Source: Alphaproteobacteria bacterium
GTDB taxonomy: Bacteria; Pseudomonadota; Alphaproteobacteria; GCA-2731375
Direction of reading: 5' to 3'
Assembly (NCBI GenBank): GCA_965232515.1
Contig: CBDDPY010000002.1
Location: forward strand, 6,076,532 to 6,140,531
DNA: 64,000 nucleotides
Both the position numbers and the translations under genes were made by a program. Position 1 is the stretch's first letter. Every line of letters starts with the position of its first letter. A model generated the notes under the pieces. It was not told where the DNA came from, searched no databases, and was given only the letters and a program-made list of their open reading frames with translations. Positions 9,019 to 17,472 of the stretch are shown here, piece by piece.

Positions 9019-11115
9019 CACCAGCACGCCGTCCCAATCCTCGGGTGGCGGTTGGTCGAGATACTCGCGGCAGCGCTTCGCCATCACGGCGGCGGGCCCA
9101 TCGTCAGCCAGTTTGTCGAAAGCGGTGGCGGCTTCGTCGAAGCGGCGTGACCGGTAGAGCGTCAGAGCCGCGGCGTAATCCTCGACCAGACGATGCTGGG
9201 CCTCGCTCGCGGTCATCGGCGGCGCGATGACCTCGTAGATGCCGACGGGCTGGGCGCGGCCTTTGACCGCCACGCGGTCCAGCTCGCGCATCAGGAACCA
9301 CCCGGCAACGGCGGCTGCCGTGGTATCGCTGATCACGATCTCGCAGCCATAAACGCCCGGCAGGCCCTCGAGGCGCGAGGCCACATTCACGGTTTCGCCC
9401 ACGGCCGTATAATTGAAGCGCTTCTGCGATCCGACGTTGCCGACGATTGCGTCGCCGGTATGCGCACCGATCTTCACGCCAAAACTGTGCCCGCCGCCCG
9501 TGGTCTCGGCCCGCGCCTGGTGGATCAAGTCGGTGATGCGCAGGGCGGCGCCGACGGCGTTGGCGGCGTGATCCGGATCGTCGGCCGGCGCGCCCCAGAT
9601 GCCCATGACGGCATCGCCGATGAACTTGTCGACATAGCCGCCGCTATCGTCGATGGCGTCCGCGATCAGCGCCAGATAGCGGTTGGTGATCTGCATCAGC
9701 TCGTCGGCCGAGACCTTGGTCGACAGGGCCGTGAAGCCGGAGAGGTCGGCGAACATGATCGTCACCGGCCGGGTGTCGCCGCCCAGCCGCAGGGCGTCCG
9801 GGTTCTCGGCCAGGCGCTCCACCAGGGCCGGCGCCAGGTAGTGGTCGAATGCCTTGGTCACCAGAAGCTGACGCCGCTCGACCGCGAGATACCGAACCGT
9901 GTAGGCAAGTATGACGGAAACCAAAAGAACGGCGATCGCCGGACCGGCGGGGAACCAGTAGGCCGCCTCCAACAGAACGACTTCGCCGGCCCAGGCAGCG
10001 ATACCCGCGAGCAGCGTGGCGCCAGCCGCCATCCAGGGCATCAGCGTCAGGCCGATCACCGCGCCGATGCCGCCGGACAGGACGCCGGCGGCGACACGCC
10101 AGGCGATCGGCAGCACCTCGGTCAGGTCATCGTTCAGCACCGCCTCGGCCGCGGTCGCATGCAGAAACACGCCCGGAACGGTGCTGGCGGCCTGCTCGGC
10201 GTCGGACGCCGACACCGAAACGCCTTTTGGAATCAAACTACAGGTTGCCTTGTCGGGCTCGCTCGCCGCGGCAACCGGTTCTGGTTCGGGCAGGAACCTG
10301 CCGGCGGACCGCTTGCGGTCCTCGTCCGGCAGGGTCGTGCCGACAAATGCCATCCGGTCCGCGAACACGTCCGCCAGCCGGGCGGGCTCGCTCTCGGCGC
10401 AGTTCAGCACGTCGATTAGCGAATAGGTCGGCATGGCTTCCAGATGTCGGCGGGGCGCGAGCAGGACCTCGGGCGGCATGGCCGGGCCGCCGCTGCGGTT
10501 GAGCGTGGCCGCAGTGAGGCCCGGCAACGGTTCGCCATCGATGATGACCGGCATCGCCTGGACACGACGATAGATGCCGTCCTCGTCAGGGACGATCTCC
10601 AGTAAGCCGAAAGCGCCGGGGTCTTCTCGTAGCGCGGCGCGGTATTGCTGCGCCGGCAAGGTTGCGGCGGAGCGTCCGAGTACGATCCGATCCCGGTTTC
10701 GCGACAGCGCGATCATGAAAGGACGGTCGAATCCGTCTTTTAACTCGTTACCGCTGTAGGCCAGCAACAGGTCGAACGCGATTGCCTTGGCCTGGGCTTC
10801 GACCAGTGCAAGGATCAGCCGTTCCCAGATCTCGCCAAACATCGCGCGCGGATAGGTGGCCAGACGGGGATCGGTAAGGCTGCGCTCGTCGACGGCGATC
10901 ACCACGACGGGGGCGAAACGCGTCTCGACCGGCGCCGGCATGACGGCCGCGCGGGCGGCGATGGCGGCGTCGTAGAGAAACCCATCGACACGGCCGACGC
11001 CGTCGGCAAATTGCGCGACGATGCCGCCGGCGATGGCGCAGACAGCGATGGTGATGGCGGCGGCGCGTTTGCTCAGGTTCACCCGTCGTCCCCCCCAACG
11101 GCGGGTTGCCGTCAC
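9004..11115 (-). CDS. CHASE2 sensor domain-containing adenylate/guanylate cyclase.
   Basis: A periplasmic CHASE2 N-terminal region is followed by TM helices and a class III cyclase domain (FADLSGFTALS...FIGDAVMGIWGAP...GDTVNVASRLE). Its start overlaps the upstream gene's stop by 4 nt. Confidence 0.8.
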   Translation of the reverse strand: MTATRRWGGRRVNLSKRAAAITIAVCAIAGGIVAQFADGVGRVDGFLYDAAIAARAAVMPAPVETRFAPVVVIAVDERSLTDPRLATYPRAMFGEIWERLILALVEAQAKAIAFDLLLAYSGNELKDGFDRPFMIALSRNRDRIVLGRSAATLPAQQYRAALREDPGAFGLLEIVPDEDGIYRRVQAMPVIIDGEPLPGLTAATLNRSGGPAMPPEVLLAPRRHLEAMPTYSLIDVLNCAESEPARLADVFADRMAFVGTTLPDEDRKRSAGRFLPEPEPVAAASEPDKATCSLIPKGVSVSASDAEQAASTVPGVFLHATAAEAVLNDDLTEVLPIAWRVAAGVLSGGIGAVIGLTLMPWMAAGATLLAGIAAWAGEVVLLEAAYWFPAGPAIAVLLVSVILAYTVRYLAVERRQLLVTKAFDHYLAPALVERLAENPDALRLGGDTRPVTIMFADLSGFTALSTKVSADELMQITNRYLALIADAIDDSGGYVDKFIGDAVMGIWGAPADDPDHAANAVGAALRITDLIHQARAETTGGGHSFGVKIGAHTGDAIVGNVGSQKRFNYTAVGETVNVASRLEGLPGVYGCEIVISDTTAAAVAGWFLMRELDRVAVKGRAQPVGIYEVIAPPMTASEAQHRLVEDYAAALTLYRSRRFDEAATAFDKLADDGPAAVMAKRCREYLDQPPPEDWDGVLVLTSK

Positions 11116-11762
11116 TCGACGCGGATCAAGGTGAGCGGCGTACTGCCGCGCTGCTCGGCAATCGTCACCTTCAGGCTGTGCTGACCCTTGCCGTCGTCGG
11201 TCAGCAGGTCGATGTCGTAGGCCGACCCGGCCTTCAATGGCGCCGTGCCTTCAGGCCAGGTGAAGCGCCAGCCGTCGATGCGGCCTTCGAAAACGGTCGT
11301 CTCGCCGTCGCGGACGCGTAGCCGCGCCACCCGCGCACGATTCGCGCCGACCAGCACGAAACTCGGCTTGGTCGTCAGACGCAGACCGCCTGGCACGACG
11401 TTGCGCAGCTGAACGCCGCTGACTTCCATGCCGACGGCCACGGTCTTGGGACACTTGCTGCGCCGGACGTCCAGGATCTTGCCTTTCTGGGTCGTATAGG
11501 TCTGACGCGAGAAGTTAACGCGCCCGCCTTCGACGACGACCGTTTCGCAACGCTGGTAGTGCTGGAATTCCAACCGGCCGCCGTTGCCCAGGTCGATCGA
11601 CTTTCCGGCGGAGATTTCGTCGAACGGACCGACGTCGGTGGTCACGGCGCCGACGATATCGGTAATTAACGCCACCGGCCGTTGTGCGGCAGCGGTATCT
11701 GCCCATCCCATGGTCGCGGTCAGCGCGACGACAAAAAGGGCCGTAAGGCTCGATCGTCTCAT
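11112..11762 (-). CDS. Hypothetical periplasmic protein, possibly FecR-like, co-transcribed with the CHASE2 cyclase.
   Basis: The start is taken as MRRSSLTALFVVALTATMGWA (signal peptide) at 11762. The track ORF begins upstream at 11942. There is a 4-nt overlap with the cyclase start. Confidence 0.45.
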   Translation of the reverse strand: MRRSSLTALFVVALTATMGWADTAAAQRPVALITDIVGAVTTDVGPFDEISAGKSIDLGNGGRLEFQHYQRCETVVVEGGRVNFSRQTYTTQKGKILDVRRSKCPKTVAVGMEVSGVQLRNVVPGGLRLTTKPSFVLVGANRARVARLRVRDGETTVFEGRIDGWRFTWPEGTAPLKAGSAYDIDLLTDDGKGQHSLKVTIAEQRGSTPLTLIRVE

Positions 11763-11907
11763 AGCCCTGCTCCACTGGTTCGATCGATGAATGTTAGGCG
11801 TGAGTATGGCATATCGGAGCGATTGAAGTCTGTGACGGCGGCCACTTTTTCGCACGTCCGACGGTCGGCGTCGATGTTGCGACACAACGTCGCGTGACGC
11901 CAAGCCT

Positions 11908-11921
11908 TTGATCGAAATCAA
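11908..11921. promoter_or_regulatory. FixK/FNR-type anaerobox, TTGAT-CGAA-ATCAA.
   Basis: It matches the consensus TTGAT-N4-ATCAA exactly, 119 bp upstream of the ccoN ATG. ccoNOQP (fixNOQP) promoters are classically FixK/FNR-activated. Confidence 0.6.
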
Positions 11922-12039
11922 TGTTGCGGCGCAACACGACAATCAGTCTGCCTCGCGAAGAGCGGCCCGTGCGGTATACTCGCGTGCATCAAACATGTGC
12001 GCCCGCAACGGCGCCGAAAGGGCGTTAGAGGTGACAGCG

Positions 12040-13677
12040 ATGAACATGCTCGCAGGCATTCTTTTGGCCATTGGGTCGTTGCTAGGTGCGCTGCTGGCAT
12101 CGAAGTCGGTGGATGCGGCGTTCTACTGGCACGGACTGCTGCTGTGCGTCGTGAGCGTTGCCGGCCTGATCGTCCTGGTCAAGCGTCATTATGACGCCGC
12201 AGCCGTGGCGTCGACTGGACAAGTCGCGGTCACCACCAGCGGCACCGGCGTGGTCTACAACGACGCCGTCGTGCGGGCCGGCGTTATCGCCTCAATGTTC
12301 TGGGGCATCGTCGGCTTCCTGGCCGGTCTGGTGATCGCGCTGCAGCTGGCGTTCCCGATTCTGAACCTGGATCTGCCCTGGACCACCTTCGGCCGTCTGC
12401 GGCCGGTGCACACGTCGGCGGTGATCTTCGCCTTCGGCGGCAACGTGCTGATCGCCACCTCGTTTCATGTCGTGCAGCGGACCTGCCGCGCGCGGCTCGC
12501 CGGCGAGCTGGCGCCTTGGTTCGTATTCTGGGGCTATCAGTTCTTCATCGTGCTGGCGGCGACCGGCTACATCTTCGGCATCACGCAGTCGAAGGAGTAT
12601 GCCGAGCCGGAATGGTATGTCGATCTGTGGCTGACCATCGTCTGGGTCGTCTACCTGCTGGTCTTCCTGGGCACGCTGTGGCGTCGGCAGGAGCCGCACA
12701 TCTATGTGGCGAACTGGTTCTACCTGGCGTTCATCGTCACCATCGCCATGCTGCACATCGTCAACAACCTGGCGGTGCCGGTCTCGCCGTTCGGCGCCAA
12801 GAGCTATGTGCTGTTCGCCGGCGTGCAGGATGCGCTGACGCAGTGGTGGTACGGGCATAACGCCGTCGGCTTCTTCCTGACAGCGGGCTTCCTCGGCATC
12901 ATGTACTACTTCGTGCCGAAGCAGGCCGAGCGGCCGGTCTATTCCTACCGGCTGTCGATCATCCACTTCTGGGCGCTGATCTTTCTCTACATCTGGGCCG
13001 GTCCACACCACCTGCACTACACGGCGCTGCCGGACTGGGCGCAAACGCTGGGAATGACCTTCTCGATCATGCTGTGGATGCCGTCCTGGGGCGGCATGAT
13101 CAACGGCTTGATGACGTTGTCCGGCGCCTGGGACAAGCTGCGCACCGATCCGGTGCTGCGCATGCTGGTGGTGTCGGTCGCGTTCTACGGCATGAGCACC
13201 TTCGAGGGCCCGCTGATGTCGGTGAAGGCCGTGAACGCGCTCAGCCACTATACGGACTGGACCGTCGGCCACGTGCATTCCGGCGCGCTCGGCTGGGTCG
13301 GCTTCGTCAGCTTCGGCGCGCTCTACCACCTGGTACCGGTGCTGTGGCGGCGGCAACAGCTTTACTCGCTGCGCCTGGTCAGCCTGCACTTCTGGATCGC
13401 GACGCTCGGCATCGTCCTCTACATCACCGCGATGTGGGTCTCGGGCATCATGCAGGGCCTGATGTGGCGGGCCTACGACTCGCTCGGCTTCCTGGAATAC
13501 TCCTTTGTCGAGACGGTCGAAGCGATGCATCCGTTCTACGTGATCCGCGCGCTCGGCGGTCTGCTGTTCGTGCTGGGCTCGCTGGTCATGGCCTACAACC
13601 TCTGGCGCACCGTGCGCGGCGACGTGCGTGAAGAAAAGCCGATGGCGGCGGCCCCCGTGGCTGCCCCGGCGGAATAG
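12040..13677 (+). CDS. ccoN: cbb3-type cytochrome c oxidase subunit I.
   Basis: 12-TM heme-copper oxidase sequence ([19 protein letters not shown]..., HHLHY, HSGALGW). ATG 12040 follows a GAGGTG RBS. The antisense mirror ORF 12292..14061 is an artefact. Confidence 0.9.
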   Translation: MNMLAGILLAIGSLLGALLASKSVDAAFYWHGLLLCVVSVAGLIVLVKRHYDAAAVASTGQVAVTTSGTGVVYNDAVVRAGVIASMFWGIVGFLAGLVIALQLAFPILNLDLPWTTFGRLRPVHTSAVIFAFGGNVLIATSFHVVQRTCRARLAGELAPWFVFWGYQFFIVLAATGYIFGITQSKEYAEPEWYVDLWLTIVWVVYLLVFLGTLWRRQEPHIYVANWFYLAFIVTIAMLHIVNNLAVPVSPFGAKSYVLFAGVQDALTQWWYGHNAVGFFLTAGFLGIMYYFVPKQAERPVYSYRLSIIHFWALIFLYIWAGPHHLHYTALPDWAQTLGMTFSIMLWMPSWGGMINGLMTLSGAWDKLRTDPVLRMLVVSVAFYGMSTFEGPLMSVKAVNALSHYTDWTVGHVHSGALGWVGFVSFGALYHLVPVLWRRQQLYSLRLVSLHFWIATLGIVLYITAMWVSGIMQGLMWRAYDSLGFLEYSFVETVEAMHPFYVIRALGGLLFVLGSLVMAYNLWRTVRGDVREEKPMAAAPVAAPAE

Positions 13678-13689
13678 GAGTACGGCGAC

Positions 13690-14415
13690 ATGTTCCGTCA
13701 CGCGACCATCGAAAAGAACTCGATCCTCCTCACCGTGCTGACGCTGATCGTCGTGTCGATCGGCGGCATCGTCGAGATCTCGCCGCTGTTCTACCTCGAG
13801 AGCACGATTGAGAAGGTGAAGGGGGTGCGGCCCTACTCGCCGCTCGAGCTGGCCGGCCGCAACATTTACATCCGTGAGGGTTGCTATACCTGCCACTCGC
13901 AGATGATCCGTTCGTTGCGCGACGAGGTCGAGCGCTACGGCCACTACAGCCTGGCGGCCGAGAGCATGTACGACCATCCCTTCCAGTGGGGCTCGAAGCG
14001 GACCGGGCCGGATCTGGCGCGGGTCGGCGGCCGCTATTCCGATGCCTGGCACGTACAGCACATGATCAATCCGCGCTCGGTGGTGCCGGAATCGATCATG
14101 CCGGGCTATCCGTTCCTGGCCACCAAGGCGCTCAATTTCGACCGCATCGCCGATGACCTGAAGGCCAATCGCGCGGTTGGCGTGCCCTACGACGACACCA
14201 TGATCGAAGTGGCGGTCAGCGACGTGCGCACGCAGGTCGATCCCGACGCCGACGATTTCGATGCCTTCATGGAGCGCTATCCCGGCGCCCAGGTGCGCGA
14301 TTTCGACGGCAACCCGCAGATGATCACCGAGCTCGACGCGCTCATCGCCTATCTGCAGGTGCTGGGCACGATGGTCGATTTCAGCGCCTACGAGGCGCAG
14401 GAAAACCTTCGCTAG
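13690..14415 (+). CDS. ccoO: cbb3 oxidase monoheme cytochrome c subunit II.
   Basis: It has an N-terminal TM helix and the heme-binding [10 protein letters not shown] motif. Confidence 0.9.
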   Translation: MFRHATIEKNSILLTVLTLIVVSIGGIVEISPLFYLESTIEKVKGVRPYSPLELAGRNIYIREGCYTCHSQMIRSLRDEVERYGHYSLAAESMYDHPFQWGSKRTGPDLARVGGRYSDAWHVQHMINPRSVVPESIMPGYPFLATKALNFDRIADDLKANRAVGVPYDDTMIEVAVSDVRTQVDPDADDFDAFMERYPGAQVRDFDGNPQMITELDALIAYLQVLGTMVDFSAYEAQENLR

Positions 14416-14426
14416 GGGAGGGCGGC

Positions 14427-14576
14427 ATGGACTACGAAGCGGTTTCCAGGTTCGCCCAGACCTATGGCCTGGTCTATCTGTTCATTCTGTTCCTCGGTGT
14501 CGTGGTTTATGCGCTGTGGCCGAGCAACCGGCGGAAGTTCAAGGACGCCGCCGAGATCCCGCTGAAGGAGGATTGA
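14427..14576 (+). CDS. ccoQ: cbb3 oxidase small subunit CcoQ/FixQ (49 aa).
   Basis: Read directly from the sequence: MDYEAVSRFAQTYGLVYLFILFLGVVVYALWPSNRRKFKDAAEIPLKED, a single TM helix. It sits between ccoO and ccoP as in all ccoNOQP operons, and is below the 60-aa ORF-track cutoff. Confidence 0.6.
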   Translation: MDYEAVSRFAQTYGLVYLFILFLGVVVYALWPSNRRKFKDAAEIPLKED

Positions 14577-14580
14577 GGTC

Positions 14581-15450
14581 ATGGCGGAGAATCGCGAGGT
14601 CGACCAGCTCAGCGGAATCGAGACGACCGGACACGAATGGGACGGTATCCGTGAGCTGAACAATCCGCTGCCGCGTTGGTGGGTCTGGACGTTCTACGTC
14701 ACCATCGTCTGGTCCATCGGCTATTGGATCGTCATGCCGGCCTGGCCGCTGGTGACGGACTATACGGCCGGCGTGCTGGGTTATTCGCAGCGCGGCGTGG
14801 TCGCGCAACAGCTGGCCGAGCGGCAGGCGGCCCAGCAGGTCTACACCGACCGCATCGCCGGCGCCTCGCTCGACGAGATCCGCAGCGATCCGGAACTGCT
14901 GGCCTTCGCGCTCGCCGGCGGTGGGTCGGCCTTCGCCGTCAACTGCTCGCAGTGCCATGGTTCCGGCGCCGCCGGATCGGTCGGCTATCCGAACCTGAAC
15001 GACGACGAATGGATCTGGGGCGGCACGCTCGACGCCATCCAGCACACGATCAACTTCGGTATCCGCTCGGATCACGAGGAGACCCGACTGAACGACATGC
15101 CGGCATTCCTGGTCGACGAGCTGCTGACCCGAGAGGAGGTCGCGGACGTCGCTGAGTATGTCCTGTCGCTGAGCGGTCGGGCCGAGGACCAGGAGGCGGT
15201 CGCCCGCGGCCAGGAGATCTACGTCGAGCAGTGCGCGGCCTGCCACCAGGACGACGGCAGGGGCGATCAGGAACTGGGCGCACCTGATCTGACGGACGCG
15301 ATCTGGCTCTATGGCGGCGACCGCGAGACCGTGGTCGAGAGCATCGCCTATAGCCGTCGCGGCGTGATGCCGCCGTGGGTCGACCGGCTGAGCCCGGCGG
15401 CGATCAAGCAGTTGGCCGTCTATGTGCACACACTGGGGGGCGGCGAATAA
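14581..15450 (+). CDS. ccoP: cbb3 oxidase diheme cytochrome c subunit III.
   Basis: Two heme c motifs, CSQCHG and CAACHQ, with an N-terminal TM. Confidence 0.9.
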   Translation: MAENREVDQLSGIETTGHEWDGIRELNNPLPRWWVWTFYVTIVWSIGYWIVMPAWPLVTDYTAGVLGYSQRGVVAQQLAERQAAQQVYTDRIAGASLDEIRSDPELLAFALAGGGSAFAVNCSQCHGSGAAGSVGYPNLNDDEWIWGGTLDAIQHTINFGIRSDHEETRLNDMPAFLVDELLTREEVADVAEYVLSLSGRAEDQEAVARGQEIYVEQCAACHQDDGRGDQELGAPDLTDAIWLYGGDRETVVESIAYSRRGVMPPWVDRLSPAAIKQLAVYVHTLGGGE

Positions 15451-15496
15451 CTCGCCGTAATTGGCGCCGGCAACGGCGACAGGGGATAGAGTGGTG

Positions 15497-16984
15497 ATGA
15501 ACCAGGTCTCGGTTGCCAGGGGGACAGCCGCGGGACCCGGCGTCGACCGCGTCGATGTCGAGCCCGTCAACAAGGCCGAGCACCGTCAGCTCTACAAGAA
15601 GCGGGAGAAGATCCACCCGCGCCTGGCGCGCGGCAATTTCCGCAAGCTGAAATGGGTCATCATGGCGGTGACCCTGTCGGTCTATTACCTGGCGCCCTGG
15701 ATCCGTTGGGACCGCGGGCCGAACACGCCAGACCAGGCCATCCTGATCGATTTTCCGGCCCGGCGGTTCTATTTCTTCTTCATCGAGATCTGGCCGCAGG
15801 AGGTCTACTACCTCACCGGTCTCCTGATCCTGGCCGCATTGAGTCTGTTCCTGATCACCAGCCTCGCCGGCCGGGTCTGGTGCGGCTACACCTGTCCGCA
15901 GACCGTCTGGACCGACCTGTTCATCGCCGTCGAACGCCTTGTCGAGGGCGATCGCGGCGCCCGCATCCGCCTCGACAAGCAGTCGTTCAGCGTTGGGAAA
16001 ATGACCAAGCGTGTGGTCAAGCACGCGATCTGGCTGCTGATCGCGGTCTGCACCGGCGGCGCCTGGGTGTTCTACTTCGCCGACGCGCCGACGCTGGCCG
16101 CCGACCTGTTGACCTTCCAGGCGCCGCAGGTCGCCTATATCTCGATCGGCGTGCTGACGGCGACGACCTACATGTTCGGCGGCCTCGCCCGCGAGCAGGT
16201 CTGTACCTACATGTGCCCCTGGCCGCGCATCCAGGCCGCGATGGTCGACGACGACACGCTGATCGTCACCTACCAGCGCGAACGCGGCGAACCGCGCGGT
16301 CCGCATCGCAAGGGCGAGAGCTGGGAAGGCCGCGGCCATTGTATTGACTGCAATCAGTGTGTCGCCGTCTGTCCCATGGGGATCGACATCCGCGACGGCA
16401 TGCAGCTGGAGTGCATCTCCTGCGCGCTCTGCATCGACGCCTGCAACGATGTCATGGACCGGATCGACCTGCCGCGCGGTCTGATCGGCTACGACACCAC
16501 GTCGAACATGGTCCGCCGGGCGCGCGGCGAGCCGACGCAGTCGCACATCTTCCGTCCGCGCACGCTGATCTATGCCAGCGTGATCGTCGCCGTTGGCCTG
16601 ATCATGCTCGGCGTGCTGCTGACCCGACCGTCGCTCGACGTCAACGTGCTGCGGGACCGCAACCCGTTGTTCGTGACCCTCTCGGACGGCAGCCTGCGCA
16701 ATGGCTATACGCTGAAGATCCTCAACAAGCAGCATGAGACGCGCACGTTCGGCCTGGCGGTCGATGGCGTGCCGCAGGCGGAGATCAAGGTGGTTGGCGC
16801 TGGCAACGAGAGCGGCTCGTCTCTCTCGGTCGGATCGGACCGGCTGGGCGCATTCCGAATTTTCGTAACGCTGCCGGCGAGCGCCGTGAACGCCGAGTCG
16901 ACGCCGATCGGCTTCGTCGTCACCGACAACACGGACGGCACGACGGCGCGGTACGACAGCGTCTTCCTGGGGCCGGGCGCATGA
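15497..16984 (+). CDS. ccoG: cbb3 oxidase assembly ferredoxin-like protein CcoG/FixG.
   Basis: Polytopic N-terminus plus two 4Fe-4S Cys clusters (CIDCNQCVAVCP, CISCALCIDAC). ATG 15497 follows an AGGGGA RBS. Confidence 0.85.
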   Translation: MNQVSVARGTAAGPGVDRVDVEPVNKAEHRQLYKKREKIHPRLARGNFRKLKWVIMAVTLSVYYLAPWIRWDRGPNTPDQAILIDFPARRFYFFFIEIWPQEVYYLTGLLILAALSLFLITSLAGRVWCGYTCPQTVWTDLFIAVERLVEGDRGARIRLDKQSFSVGKMTKRVVKHAIWLLIAVCTGGAWVFYFADAPTLAADLLTFQAPQVAYISIGVLTATTYMFGGLAREQVCTYMCPWPRIQAAMVDDDTLIVTYQRERGEPRGPHRKGESWEGRGHCIDCNQCVAVCPMGIDIRDGMQLECISCALCIDACNDVMDRIDLPRGLIGYDTTSNMVRRARGEPTQSHIFRPRTLIYASVIVAVGLIMLGVLLTRPSLDVNVLRDRNPLFVTLSDGSLRNGYTLKILNKQHETRTFGLAVDGVPQAEIKVVGAGNESGSSLSVGSDRLGAFRIFVTLPASAVNAESTPIGFVVTDNTDGTTARYDSVFLGPGA

Positions 16985-17472
16985 TCGGCGTTGGCGCAAA
17001 AACCCTGACCGGCCGCCGCGTGCTGGCCTATCTGCTCGGATTCTTCGGGCTGATCTTCGCCGTGAATGGCGTCTTCGTTTATTTCGCGCTGAGCAGCTTC
17101 AACGGCGTGCATACGGAGAATGCCTACATCAAAGGGCTGAACTACAACGCGATGATCGAGGCCGCCGAGCAGCAGGCGGCGCTCGGCTGGCGGATGGAGA
17201 CCGTCCTGACCCCGACCGAACGGGGCGGCATCTTGACCGTGACCATGCGCACCGCCGACGGCGAGCCGGTCGACGGACTGGGGATTAACGGTATGTTCTG
17301 GCGGCCGGCGCAGGATGGCATGGACCGGCCGGTGGTTCTGCACCAGGTCGGCGCCGGCCGCTACGACGCCCAGGTCGACCTGCCGGTGCGCGGACAATGG
17401 GATCTGAGACTGGTGGCGACAGCACGCGACGGCGCCACCTATCGCAGCGCGGAGCGGGTATGGCTGAAGTAG
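16981..17472 (+). CDS. ccoH: CcoH/FixH cbb3 assembly protein.
   Basis: 163 aa with a single N-terminal TM. It shares ATGA with the ccoG stop. Confidence 0.75.
   Translation: MIGVGAKTLTGRRVLAYLLGFFGLIFAVNGVFVYFALSSFNGVHTENAYIKGLNYNAMIEAAEQQAALGWRMETVLTPTERGGILTVTMRTADGEPVDGLGINGMFWRPAQDGMDRPVVLHQVGAGRYDAQVDLPVRGQWDLRLVATARDGATYRSAERVWLK

Noticed and set aside
12292-14061. 589-aa ORF on the minus strand, exactly the same length as ccoN.
   Set aside because: It is the antisense mirror of ccoN. Its translation is R/A/G/P-rich low-complexity sequence, as expected for out-of-frame high-GC DNA. The same applies to 17439..19514 (antisense ccoI), 23349..26000 (antisense glnE), 2045..3268, 4097..5254, 9193..10419, 4854..5900, 15404..16999, 49738..51297 and similar long antisense ORFs.
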